Assembly: GCA_963751345.1 (NCBI GenBank)
Contig: CAVVUS010000027.1
Coordinates: 76,354 to 140,353 of the forward strand
Direction: 5' to 3'
Length of the DNA stretch: 64,000 bases
Origin: an uncultured Chloroflexia bacterium
Lineage (GTDB): Bacteria; Chloroflexota; Anaerolineae; B4-G1; SLSP01
Shown here: in pieces, positions 53,345-64,000 of the stretch
How positions within the stretch are numbered: the stretch's first letter is position 1
Layout: each line of letters starts with the position of its first letter
Notes under the pieces: generated by a model
Told to the model about the DNA's origin: nothing
Database searches by the model: none
What the model saw: only the letters and a program-made list of their open reading frames with translations
Position numbers and translations under genes: made by a program

Positions 53345-54646
53345 TCAATCGTCACCCGTCAGCCTAACGACGCGCTGCTCCTCCATAGAGCGGTCAGCCG
53401 TGAAACCGATTCGATGTCCAGCCACGGAATCGGCCAAAGTGGTGGTGGAGATGGATGGGGCTTCTCCTCGCATGACTCGCACGAAATCCCTGACCAACCG
53501 GAAGTCGCCGCCACCGTGATTGATGGCCGCCGCGGATCTATCATCGTCGTTCGGAACCCCGACGACTTCCTCCGAGTACTCGTGGCCGGGACGCGGATCT
53601 ATGTAGCGCACGGCGAACCGATCGTCCTCAAAGACGCCCTGGATCTCGCCCTTGGTCCCGATAATGTGAATAGCACGCGAGGGTTTGGCGGTCCCACCGA
53701 CCATATTGTGCATTGCAGTGGAACCATCCTCAAAGTCGATGAGCACGGTCTGGTGGTCAACCACGTCCATGTCGCACTTCCAGACACAACGGCCATATGG
53801 ACTGTCGCCCCTTAGCTGGGCGATCTTCTCCTCCAACGTGGGCTCGCGCGAGCCGTCGACGTTTCCCCACACGTAGACATTGTGGTGGTCCTCGTGGTCA
53901 ATGTAGTTCTCGCGCGCCGAGTAAATGCAGTCGCGCTCGATCTCGCAGTCGACCAAGCATCGGGTGCCCGCGCCCTGGGGTGCCCTCTCCGGTCGGAACT
54001 GGAAGTTGCTGCCAAAGCTCGCCACCGATTGCGGTCGGATGCCACTCTTCATCCACGCGATCAGATCGAGGTCGTGACTGCATTTGGCCATCAGCATCGA
54101 CGCGTAGCCGTGCTGTTTCCGCGCCCACTTTCCACGCACATATGATACCGCCATATGGCGATACGAGACGTGCTCGGCTGTGTGCATGCTGAGGATGTCG
54201 CCGATCTCACCGGCGAGCACACGCTGACGGATGGCGGTATAGAAAGAGGAGTACCGCAGGACGTGGCAGATCATGACACGTCGGCCAAGGACCCGCGCGG
54301 TTCTCACTAACTCGAACATCTCAGACTCCGAAACCGCGAACGGCTTCTCGAGGAGCAAATCATACCCGGCACGCAGCAAGGGGATCGACGTTGGGACGTG
54401 CTGATGATCCATCGTGCCGTTGATGGCGACATCGGCGAACTTGGGCTGGCTTGCGGCCTGCTCCGCCGTCTCAAAACAACGTTCAGGAGCCAGACCATAG
54501 AGGTCTCTCACGTACTCACGCCGGCGTACGTCGGGTTCCGCAACCCCTACAATCTCAAGCTCTTCCGGATGATGAAGGGCATACGAAGCGTAGATCAACG
54601 CCCGTTGCCCTGCCCCCACCACCAGGGCCCTAATTGGCAAGTGCAT
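53345..54646 (-). CDS. Gfo/Idh/MocA oxidoreductase
   Basis: VVGAGQRA, LLEKP, MAKCSHDLD, YGRCVW, HGGGD. Confidence 0.9.
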   Translation of the reverse strand: MHLPIRALVVGAGQRALIYASYALHHPEELEIVGVAEPDVRRREYVRDLYGLAPERCFETAEQAASQPKFADVAINGTMDHQHVPTSIPLLRAGYDLLLEKPFAVSESEMFELVRTARVLGRRVMICHVLRYSSFYTAIRQRVLAGEIGDILSMHTAEHVSYRHMAVSYVRGKWARKQHGYASMLMAKCSHDLDLIAWMKSGIRPQSVASFGSNFQFRPERAPQGAGTRCLVDCEIERDCIYSARENYIDHEDHHNVYVWGNVDGSREPTLEEKIAQLRGDSPYGRCVWKCDMDVVDHQTVLIDFEDGSTAMHNMVGGTAKPSRAIHIIGTKGEIQGVFEDDRFAVRYIDPRPGHEYSEEVVGVPNDDDRSAAAINHGGGDFRLVRDFVRVMRGEAPSISTTTLADSVAGHRIGFTADRSMEEQRVVRLTGDD

Positions 54647-54732
54647 AAGCTGGTCTGACCAACACGATAGGTTCAACAACAGATAGACTGCAATGATTCA
54701 GAACCACAAAACAGACGCCGTGTGCGAAAAGC

Positions 54733-55503
54733 CTAGAGACCGAACAGACGGGCAATGTTGCCACCCATCACCTTCTCGGCTTCCTCGGCAGTCGCTTCGT
54801 ATTTCAGGAGAGCATCGTACATAGCCCTGACAACGTGTGGCCTGCGGAAGGGACCATCCGACCCGAAGCAGACGCGGTCAGCACCAAGCGCCTCGATCGC
54901 ATACATCACGGCTTTGGCATCGGTCGCGCTGCCGATCAAGACCATGTTGGGACAGGCCTGTGCCACCTCGACCACGGCGCAGTTCATGTCCCAATCGGTC
55001 ATGCCCATATGAACCATCAGGATCGGCAGCTCGGGGTACATCCTGGCGACCTTCTCCGCACGCAGAGGATGCGTGCGCTCGTACGCATCTGGTCCGATAT
55101 GAAACGCCAGCATCTTCCCGGTCTTGGCAATCTCCTCGATCACGGGCAGCGCCAGATCCTGATCGTCGATCGTGTAGTTGTTCTGTGCCCCATTCAGCTT
55201 GACACCATAGAACCCATACTCCTCGGTGCAGACTCGGACCATCTTCTTCGCGTGGGCGACACTGATGGTGGGATCCGCCCAGCCAAATCCCAGGATCTTG
55301 TCCGGATACCGCTGCGTGGCATCATAGACGTAGCGGCAATGGCCCTCGATACCCTCTCCCTCATAGTCGGGCTTGAGCCAGGTCAGGGTCTTGTCAACTC
55401 CGGCCCGCTCCATACGCTTGAGATGCTCCTCCAGAGAAAAGTCTCCGCCGGTCGGGGCAATATGGGTATCGGCGTCAATGATCAGCATGGGTAGCGCCTC
55501 CAT
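54733..55503 (-). CDS. Amidohydrolase-2 family metal-dependent hydrolase
   Basis: IIDADTH, MVHMG, FGSDGP, GGNIARLF. Confidence 0.88.
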   Translation of the reverse strand: MEALPMLIIDADTHIAPTGGDFSLEEHLKRMERAGVDKTLTWLKPDYEGEGIEGHCRYVYDATQRYPDKILGFGWADPTISVAHAKKMVRVCTEEYGFYGVKLNGAQNNYTIDDQDLALPVIEEIAKTGKMLAFHIGPDAYERTHPLRAEKVARMYPELPILMVHMGMTDWDMNCAVVEVAQACPNMVLIGSATDAKAVMYAIEALGADRVCFGSDGPFRRPHVVRAMYDALLKYEATAEEAEKVMGGNIARLFGL

Positions 55504-55590
55504 TCATCCTTGTACGTACCTTATTCTCGGGGGCTGGACGTGCCCTCGGTGGTACATTATAAGTCATTTCAGGCCCCAGCGAACGACGAG

Positions 55591-55959
55591 CTACAGACCA
55601 AGCCGTGACCGCTTCACGCGTATCTTGTCTGCCTTCGCTTCAGGGCCCTGCAAGCCCGGCGTGTGAACAACGAAATGAAAGTAATCCGGCGAAGCAGCAA
55701 GAAACGTGTGGGCTTCACCGGGCTCAATCACGACCACGTCATTCTGGTCGAGACGGACCGTCTGATCCTCGATTCGCATCTCGACTGCACCACGAGCGAC
55801 CAAATAGATCTCGGTTATCCGTTCGTGATAGTGCGGCTCGTCCACGCCCTCGGTCGCGAAACCCACGGAAATCTCAAGACTCGCGTTCCAGGGACCGACA
55901 CACCACCCTTTGGGCACGTCACCTGCAGCTCTCTCAATGTACATGGGCCTCCCATCCAT
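55591..55959 (-). CDS. Cupin domain protein
   Basis: PHYH...EIYLV..G and PGEAH motifs. Confidence 0.85.
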   Translation of the reverse strand: MDGRPMYIERAAGDVPKGWCVGPWNASLEISVGFATEGVDEPHYHERITEIYLVARGAVEMRIEDQTVRLDQNDVVVIEPGEAHTFLAASPDYFHFVVHTPGLQGPEAKADKIRVKRSRLGL

Positions 55960-55976
55960 CGAGTTGCCTAGTGGAC

Positions 55977-58425
55977 CTACTGCAAGGATACGTGGACCTC
56001 AACCTCCTTGACATCCCCGGCGGGCACCGGGACTACCGTCCCTGCGGCGGGCGATCCATCCACAACGAGCGCGACCTCGTTGCCCGGCCCCTCCCGTACC
56101 ACCGTGATATGATACGTCACCCCACGAAAGATCCGTGTGGCCGTGAAGCCGGGCCATTCAGACGGTATCACGGGGGCCACCTGCAGCCCCTCGTAGGTCG
56201 GCCGGATGCCGAGAATCCACTGGGTAATCGCGACGTAGTTCCACGCGGCGGTGCCCGTCAACCACGAGTTCTTCGCCTCGCCGAACTTGGGTGTATCCCG
56301 CCCGGCGATCGTCTGGGCATAGACGTAGGGTTCGCAGCGATGTAGTTCACTGATGCCCTCGCGCGCCGATGGGTTGATGCGCCGGTAGTAGTCGAACGCC
56401 TGATCCCCTCGTCCCACTATCGTCTCGGCGATCATGATCCAGGGGTTGGTGTGACAGAAGACGCTCGCATTCTCCTTGAAACCGGGCGGGTACGAGCTGA
56501 TCTCGCCCAGCCGAACCTGGTAGTCGCGAATACGCCGGCTGCTGCAGCAGGATGCCGTGCTCTGTCGCAAGCCGCTCCTTGACCGAATCCAGGCACGTCA
56601 GTGCCCTACCGTCAGCGACGCCCATCCCTGCAAGGATGCAGATGCCCTGGGGTTCAATGAAGATCTGTCCCTCATCGCACGTCGCAGATCCGACAGCCTG
56701 GCCGAAGGCATCGTAGGCCCTGCGAAACCAGGCGCCGTCCCATCCGTGCTCCCAGACTGTCGCCTCCATCGCATCCGCCGCGGAGCGGTACGTCGCCGCC
56801 TCGTCCGCCAGCCCGCGGGCATCGGCGATGTCCGCCAGCTCCTGGGCTGCCATGCTGAACAGCCCGCCGATAAGGACGGACTCGGCTACGGTGCCGTCCT
56901 TCTTCAACGGCGCGACCTGGAACGACTCGCCCGGCTCATCGGAGAAGACATTCAGGTTCAGGCAGTCATTCCAGTCGGCCCGCCCAATCAACGGCAAGCC
57001 GTGGGGACCCAGGTTATCGAGCGTGAAGCGATAGCTTCGCTGGAGGTGCTCGTAGAGCGGCTGCTCGGTTCCCGGCTGGTTGTCATACGGCACGGGCTCG
57101 TCCAGGATCGACCAATCTCCGGTTTCCTTGATATACGCCGCCACCCCAAGGATAAGCCAGGCCGGATCGTCGTTGAAGCCGCCGCCGACGGCATCGTTGC
57201 CCCGCTTGGTCAAGGGCTGGTATTGGTGATAAGCCCCGCCATCCGCGAGTTGCGTGGCCGCCAGGTCAAGGGTTCGCTCGCGGGACCGCTCCGGCGCCTG
57301 ATGCACGAAGCCCAGCAGATCCTGGTTGGAGTCTCGGAAGCCCAAGCCGCGACCGATTCCCGACTCGAAGAAAGAGGCCGAACGCGACATGTTGAACGTG
57401 ACCATGCATTGGTACGCGTTCCAGATGTTCACCATGCGATTGGTGTCGTCATCCGGGGTTTGCACCTGGTATACCCCGAGGATGCCATTCCAGTATCGCC
57501 GCAGCGCGCTGAAGGCTGCGTCCACGGTATCGACATCGAGATACCGTTCAATGATCGGCTTGACCGTCGTCTTGTTGACGCGCTGTGAGTCGGGCGGATC
57601 GAACTTCGCGTCCCTGGGATTCTCGTGATAGCCCAGAACGAAGATGATCTGTCGCGACGCGCCGGGCGCCAGCGTGACCTTCACGTGGTGGGACCCAATG
57701 GGCGCCCAGCCGAGCGCTTCGGAATCCGCCGATACGCCTTGCTGGACGACAGCGGGGGATTCCCATCCTCGATAGGCGCCAAGGAAATCCTCGCGCTGCG
57801 TATCGTAACCCGCCAGCGGCTCGGAGCACGCGAAGTAGGCGAAGTGATCGCGACGCTCCCGATACTCGGTCTTGTGGTAGATCACCTCGTCCTCGATCTC
57901 CACCTGCCCGATGTTGAAATTGCGCTGGAAGTTGGTCGCGTCGTCCGAGGCATCCCATAGACAGAACTCGACCGCCGAGAAGACGGAGAGATCGACCTGC
58001 TCATCGCGATGGTTGGTCAGTGTGACCTGCCAGATCTCCAGGTTCTCATCCAGCGGCACGAAGTAGCGCGTCTCAGCGGCAACGCCCTCCCTTGAAGACG
58101 AGATCACGGTGTAGCCCATACCGTGACGACACGTATAGGAATCCAGTTCGGAACGGGTGGGCATCCACGAAGGTGACCAGAAATCGCCGGTCCGATTGTC
58201 ACGGACGTAGATGTAGCGCCCACCATAATCGAAGGGAACGTTGTTGTAACGGTAGCGCGTCAGACGCCGGAGGCGAGCATCACGGTAGAACGAGTAGCCA
58301 CCCGCGGTGTTGGAGATCAGCCCGAAGTAGGCTTGAGAGCCCAGATAGTTGATCCACGGCAACGGAGTATCAGGGCGTGTGATGACATATTCACGGTTGT
58401 CGTCGTCGAAGTACCCGAAACGCAT
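55977..58425 (-). CDS. GH94 cellobiose phosphorylase-like enzyme, frameshift near 56530
   Basis: [55 protein letters not shown]. Confidence 0.92.
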
Positions 58426-58479
58426 GGCGCCTCCTTTGTGCAGGTCTTGCTTCGTAGGCCCCCTTGGGATGACCCCATC

Positions 58480-59791
58480 TTACCACGATCCGGCAGGCAA
58501 CCCAAGTTCGATCACGCGTCGTTCTGCCATCGCGCGATCGGCTGAGAAGCCGATCAAGTGCCCGGTAACCGAGTCGTCCAGGCTCGTCGTGGATATCGAG
58601 GGCGCCTCTCCACGAACGACACGTACGAAGTCGTCAACGAGCCGTAGGTCCCCTCCCCCATGGCCGCCAGATTGACCATCCCTATCACCGCCCGCCGAGA
58701 GATCGACGATTTCTTCCGCATACTCATGTCCGGGTCGCGGATCGATACTCCTTACGGCAAAGCGATCCTCCTCAAAGACCCCCTCGATCTCGCCCGTGGT
58801 ACCGACCAGGTGAATCGAGCGCTGGGGCTTGCTGGCACCCCCGATCATGTTGTGTGTCGCCGTCGAGCCATCGGCAAACTCAATGAGCACCGACTGGTGA
58901 TCGACCACGTCCATCTGGCACTTCCATACACAGCGACCATAGGGGTTGTCGCCCTTCAACGAAGCCTCCTTGTCCTCCAGCGTCGGTGCCTCCAGGTGCT
59001 CCAGGCTCTCCCAGACGTAGAAATCCCAACGATCCGGATGATCCAGGTAGTGCTTGCGGGCAGAGTACAAGCACTCTGCCTCGATGCGGCAATCCGTCAG
59101 ACAGCGTGTACCCGCACCTTCGGGAGCCTTCTCCGGGGGGAACTGGAAGTTGCTGCCAAAGCTGGCGACCGCCTTGGGGGCGATTCCGCTCTTCATCCAT
59201 GCAATCAGATCGAGGTCATGACAGCACTTGGCCATCAACATCGACGCATACCCGTGTACTTTGCGCGCCCATTTGCCTCGGATAAAGCCAACGGCCATAT
59301 GGTGATAGGAAACGTGCTCGACCGTTTGCACACTCAGGATATCGCCGATAGCACCACTGAGGACGTGCTGGCGGACGGCTGCGTAGAAGGGGGCAAAGCG
59401 CAGCACGTGGCACACCATCACGCGGCGCTGATAATGGTGTGCCGTTCTCACCAGATCCCACATCTCTTCTTCGGAGGTGGCGAAAGGCTTCTCCAGGAGC
59501 AAGTCGTATCCGGCCCGGAGCAAGTGGAAGCGAGGTGGGGACGTGTTGGTGGTCCATCGTGCCGTTGATGACGACATCAGCGAATTTGGGCTGCTCGGCG
59601 ACCTCCTCTGCCGATGCATAGCAACGTTCGCGGGGATAATCCATAAAGCCGCGCGATTTCGTCTCGCCGCGGCTCACAGGGTCGGCAACCGCGACAATCT
59701 CGAGTTCCTCCGGATGATATTGGGCGTACGAGGCGTAGACCATGGCCCGGTGGCCTGCCCCTACCACGATGGCCTTAAGTGGCGTAGTCAT
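58480..59791 (-). CDS. Gfo/Idh/MocA oxidoreductase (paralogue of 53345-54646), frameshifted
   Basis: VVGAGHRA, LLEKPF, MAKCCHDLD, YGRCVW, HGGGD. Confidence 0.87.
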
Positions 59792-59868
59792 ATGTGGATT
59801 GACCTCCTTCGTGCCTAGTGGATCGCGCGTGTCAGTGCCCGCTGCTTGGAGTCCACCTGTTAGATAGC

Positions 59869-59933
59869 GTCCATTCTAGTGCATTTCATGCGCGGATTGC
59901 TTGCACTATAGCACACAATGGACTAGAATGGAC
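59869..59933. promoter_or_regulatory. Divergent promoter region with a 17-bp inverted repeat (candidate DeoR operator)
   Basis: gtccattctagtgcatt (59869-85) / aatggactagaatggac (59917-33); plus strand TTGCAC-17 nt-TAGAAT. Confidence 0.6.
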
Positions 59934-60023
59934 ATGATCTACCAATAGCCTGTGGGTGCCGTGCGCTCATACATCCGGATTGCCATCGGCGACCACACAT
60001 CCACTGCCGGGAGTAGACGACTG

Positions 60024-60820
60024 ATGTTACCCGAAGAACGGCGTCACAATATCCTGACGGATGCTCCAGTGGCAACCTGCAGGGGAGCGAGTCTGTCGCC
60101 GAGATCGCTGATGCCTTTGGCGTCTCCAGGATGACGATCCGGCGCGATCTCAATTGGCTGCAGTCCAGGGCCCTGGTCAGGCGCGTGCATGGCGGCGCTA
60201 TGGTCAGCGCGCTGCTCGACGACGAGAAACCCTTCAACGAGCGGAGTGCGGAGCTCACGCGCGAGAAACAGGAAATCGGGACGACCGCTGCTCGTCTTGT
60301 TCGGCATGGCGAGAGGATCATCCTGGATGCAGGTACCACCACCCGTGAAGTGGCGCGCAACCTCGTCGAGATCCATGACCTGACGGTCATCACCAATGCC
60401 TTACCTATCGTCCAGGATCTGGCGCGCTTTCCGCGTATCACGACGATCATCCTGGGTGGATTGCTCAAACACAAGGAGCTCTGTGCTGTTGGACCGATGG
60501 TTACCCGCGAGCTGGCGCGGCTTTCTGTCGACAAGGTCTTTCTGAGCATTGCGGGGTTCGACATCGAGAGAGGACTCACCGATCCCGATCTCCACGAGGC
60601 CGAGGTCAAAGAGGCGATGATCCACGCCGCTGACCAGGTCATCCTCGTTGCGGACAGCAGCAAATGGCACCAGGTCTCCCTTGCCCGGATTGCCGACCTC
60701 GACGCGATCGACATTTTGGTTTCCGACGACAACTTGAGCAGCGAGGCGATTGTCGCCCTTGAGGCCGAGGGCGTCCGCGTCGTGACCCCACAGCGACTCG
60801 CTCACCAACTTCAGGACTGA
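60024..60820 (+). CDS. DeoR/GlpR family transcriptional regulator (5' frameshift)
   Basis: MLPEERRHNIL, then MTIRRDL...RVHGGA, IILDAGTTT, ADSSK. Confidence 0.9.
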
Positions 60821-60843
60821 GATCATCAACAGGAGATACCCCT

Positions 60844-61957
60844 ATGCCAGAAGATGAGACACTAAAGATCGGCATCGTCGGCGCGGTCGGACGCGGCGCA
60901 AGTTTCCGCGCACCCTTCGACGCACATCCCGCGACCACCCTGCACGCAGTTTGCGATATCCGCGCGGACGCGCTGCCTGAAGCGGCCCGGACGCTCGGCG
61001 TAGCCGAGATGTACACCGACTACGAGCAAATGCTCGACAAGTCCGGGGTCGACGCGGTCGTGATCGGCACGCCGATGCAGTTCCACGCACCGCAGGCCAT
61101 CATGGCGCTGGAGCGCGACGTCCACGTGCTCTGCGAAGTGACGGCGGGCGTGTCGATCGACGAATGCCGGGCCCTCGTCGACGCGGCCAATCGCTCCAGC
61201 GCAGTCTATATGATGGCCGAGAACTACACCTACATCAAGTCCAACGTCCTGGTCAAGGCGTTGGTGCGCCAAGGGCTCTTTGGCGACGTCTACTACGCGG
61301 AAGGCGAATACCTGCACGAACTCAAGGAGCTCAACGAGATCACCAAGTGGCGGCGTCACTGGCAGACCGGCATCGATGGCGTCACCTACCCTACCCACAG
61401 CCTGGGGCCGGTCCTGCAGTGGATGGATGACCGCGTGGAGCGCGTGGCCTGCGAGGGCAGCGGGCACCACTATCGCGACCCGCGTGGCGATCTCTACGAA
61501 AACCAGGATAGCGTAGTGATGCTGGCCAAGACCGCGAAGGGTGGGCTGATCAAGATCCGCGTCGATATGCTCTCCAACCGCCCCCACGCGATGACCAACT
61601 ACGCGCTCCAGGGCACCACGGGCTGCTATGAGTCGGCCCGAAGCCGGCTGGAGCCCAACAAGATCTGGCTGGACGGATCTATGCCCGGACCCGAACACCT
61701 GGATCGACCTCGATGATCTGGAGGATGACTACCTGCCCGAGATGTGGCGCAACCCGCCCGAGGCTGCGCTCAAGGCCGGACATGGCGGTGGCGACTACTT
61801 CGAGGTCCTCGATTTCGTCAACAGCATCGTGGATGGGACGCCATGCCCCATCGGCATCCACGAAGCGATGGATATGACGCTGCCCGGGCTCGTGAGCCAG
61901 GCGTCCATCCGGCAGGGCGGCGCATGGCTTGACGTTCCCGATTCGCGGGCGTGGTGA
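60844..61957 (+). CDS. Gfo/Idh/MocA oxidoreductase, frameshift near 61680
   Basis: IGIVGAVGRG, VLCEV, YPTHSLGP; C-terminus GHGGGDYF in ORF 61628-61957. Confidence 0.88.
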
Positions 61958-61972
61958 GCCGGAGGCGACGAC

Positions 61973-63023
61973 ATGCTCTTCGACGTGACACCCGTCGACA
62001 GGCAGATCTACGAAGAGAGACTGGCCGGCTTCCTGCCTGCGCGCATCATCGACACCCACACCCACGTGTGGCTCAAGTCATTCATCCCGGTGGAGCAGAC
62101 GCCCGGAACGGCGCGGACAGTCTCGTGGCCCAACCGCGTGGCAGAGGACAACGCGATCGAAGATCTGATCGAGACCTACCGCCTGATGTTCCCGGACAAA
62201 CAGGTCACGCCGGTCATCTTTGGCTCACCCACGCACGGCGTGGACCTCGCCGAGACCAACGCCTACGCCGGCAATTGCGCACAACGACACGCGCTGCCGG
62301 CGCTCTTGGTCAGCACTCCGGCATGGACTGCGGCGCAACTGGAGGAGCGGGTAGCCGACGGCGGTTTCCGCGGCCTTAAGCCCTATCTGAGCTTTGCGCC
62401 GGAGGGTATCTCCGGGGCCGACATCACCATCTTCGACTTCCTCCCCCGCGACCATCTGGAAGTGGCTAACGCCCACGGGTGGGTCGTGATGCTGCATATC
62501 CCACGCCCGGCTCGTCTGCGCGATCCCGTCAACCTGGCCGCGCTGATGGCGATCGAGCGCGACTACCCCGACGTCCGGCTGATCGTCGCCCACATCGGCC
62601 GCGCCTACTGCCGAGAGGACGTTGGGGACGCCTTTGATGTGCTGGCAGCATCGTCGCACATGTGCTTCGACTTCAGCGCAAACACCAACGCCTGGGCGAT
62701 GGCCCGCCTGATCGAGACCGTCGGCCCGCGGCGGGTGCTCTTTGGGAGCGACTTGCCCATCCTGCGAATGCGGATGCGCCGCATCTGCGAGCAAGGCACC
62801 TACGTCAACCTCGTGCCACCCGGCCTCTACGGCGACGTGAGCGGCGATCGCCATATGCGAGAGGTCGCGCCGGCCGAGGGTGAGCAGCTAACGTTCTTCC
62901 TCTACGAGGAACTCCTGGCCTTCCGTGAAGCGGCGGAGGTCACAGGGCTTGGCCGCCTCCGACCTGGAGGACGTCTTCTACAACAACGCCGCACGGCTGT
63001 TCGACCTGGAGAGGAGAGGATGA
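61973..63023 (+). CDS. Amidohydrolase family protein (frameshift near 62955)
   Basis: IIDTHTH, AHIGRAY, LFGSDLP; the alternative frame gives DLEDVFYNNAARLF...TGA at 63021. Confidence 0.8.
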
Positions 63024-63613
63024 TGGACAACCCAAAGCCCCAATTGCAGATGCTCTGGCCTGACGCGCTGCTGGACACACCGCCCGAGCCCCGCCTGCAG
63101 TCCGGCTACGCGCTGCGGATCTACGACCCAGCCCGGGACCTTGAGGACTACCTGTCACTGGTCCACGAGGCGGGCTTCACCGACTTCGACAGCCAGCGGG
63201 TGGACGGTTGTCTGAACCGCGTGCTGCCCGACGGCTTCTTCCTGGCGGTTCACCGACCCACGAACGAGGTCGTGGCGACGGCGATGGCCACTCACAACCC
63301 CACGCCCCTCCACCCCTATGGGGGCGAGTTGGGATGGGTTGCAGGCCGTCCCGCCCACGCCGGCAATGGGCTCGGGATGGCCGTCTGTGCCGCCGTCGTC
63401 AAGCGTTTCCTGTCGGCCGGTTACCGGCGCATCTACCTCCTCACCGACGACTTCCGGCTGCCCGCATTGAAGGTATATCTCAAGCTGGGATTTGTGCCGT
63501 ACCTCTTTGAGGAGACGATGGCCGATCGCTGGCATGCGATATGCGACACGTTGGCTTGGCCCTTCACGCCGGACCTTTGGCCGGCTGTCGCGGCCGCACG
63601 GGCAGGCGGATAG
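63020..63613 (+). CDS. GNAT family acetyltransferase
   Basis: HAGNGLG, PALKVYLKLGF; ATGA overlap with the upstream stop and a GGAG RBS. Confidence 0.82.
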   Translation: MMDNPKPQLQMLWPDALLDTPPEPRLQSGYALRIYDPARDLEDYLSLVHEAGFTDFDSQRVDGCLNRVLPDGFFLAVHRPTNEVVATAMATHNPTPLHPYGGELGWVAGRPAHAGNGLGMAVCAAVVKRFLSAGYRRIYLLTDDFRLPALKVYLKLGFVPYLFEETMADRWHAICDTLAWPFTPDLWPAVAAARAGG

Positions 63614-63621
63614 ACCAGACA

Positions 63622-64000
63622 ATGCCATCCGGTAGGCAGCTCCTCCTCGGACTGGACGTGGGAACGACGGCCACCAAGGCCGTGCTCTTCGATCTCCGGG
63701 GCACTGCGATTGCTGCCTCGACCGAGGCCTACGGTCTCATAACACCACGCGACGGCTGGGTCGAGCAGGACCCGGAGGCGCTCTGGCGCGCGGTCATCGC
63801 CGCCGTGCGGCGTGTCGTCGCGCAGATGTCCCCGACAGACCGTGTCGTGGCGCTGTCGCTAGCTTCCCAGGGCGGCACGACCATCCCGGTCGACGCCAAC
63901 GGCCGGCCCACCTATCGTGCGATCAGTTGGATGGACGCGCGCGGGGCGCAGAGAGGCCGACCATCTCAGGGCCAGCTCTCGGGGCGGAGACGATCCGCAC
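63622..64000 (+). CDS. FGGY family carbohydrate kinase (partial)
   Basis: Translated by hand: MPSGRQLLLGLDVGTTATKAVLFD...GWVEQDPE...AISWMD. Confidence 0.88.
   Translation, partial: MPSGRQLLLGLDVGTTATKAVLFDLRGTAIAASTEAYGLITPRDGWVEQDPEALWRAVIAAVRRVVAQMSPTDRVVALSLASQGGTTIPVDANGRPTYRAISWMDARGAQRGRPSQGQLSGRRRSA

Noticed and set aside
61973-63613. Apparent amidohydrolase-GNAT fusion (546 aa)
   Set aside because: A one-base shift near 62955 restores a typical amidohydrolase end with an ATGA overlap onto the GNAT start; likely an artefact

Overview
High-GC bacterial DNA; gene content and intergenic repeat style suggest an anaerobic saccharolytic Chloroflexota/Anaerolineae-like organism (inference). 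About 50 genes, all on the minus strand up to ~59.8 kb, then a divergent plus-strand DeoR operon. Content is mostly carbohydrate catabolism: lacZ-type GH2, GH4, GH94, sulfatase, AGE-family epimerase, five Gfo/Idh/MocA oxidoreductases, and a LacI-controlled hexuronate operon (uxaC-uxaE-SDR-HAD-proB-proA-larA-like-Gfo-gnd-PPi-PFK). There is also a sugar ABC importer, a Gld-like ABC system and an ABC/HlyD exporter. Roughly two dozen apparent frameshifts suggest an unpolished long-read assembly. No rRNA, tRNA, transposase or CRISPR-Cas was recognised. The most striking signal is several families of tiny hairpin-forming repeats, with units of 15/18/21/24 nt, inserted in frame inside unrelated protein-coding genes. 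The main family (core CGCCGTCTGAGGCGC) occurs at about 16 loci (~30 units) in the first 35 kb. It is always in the same orientation relative to the host gene, is read in all three frames, and is once nested inside another family. Separate composite hairpin repeat families occupy the intergenic spaces. The 42-56 kb block lacks both the repeats and the frameshifts.
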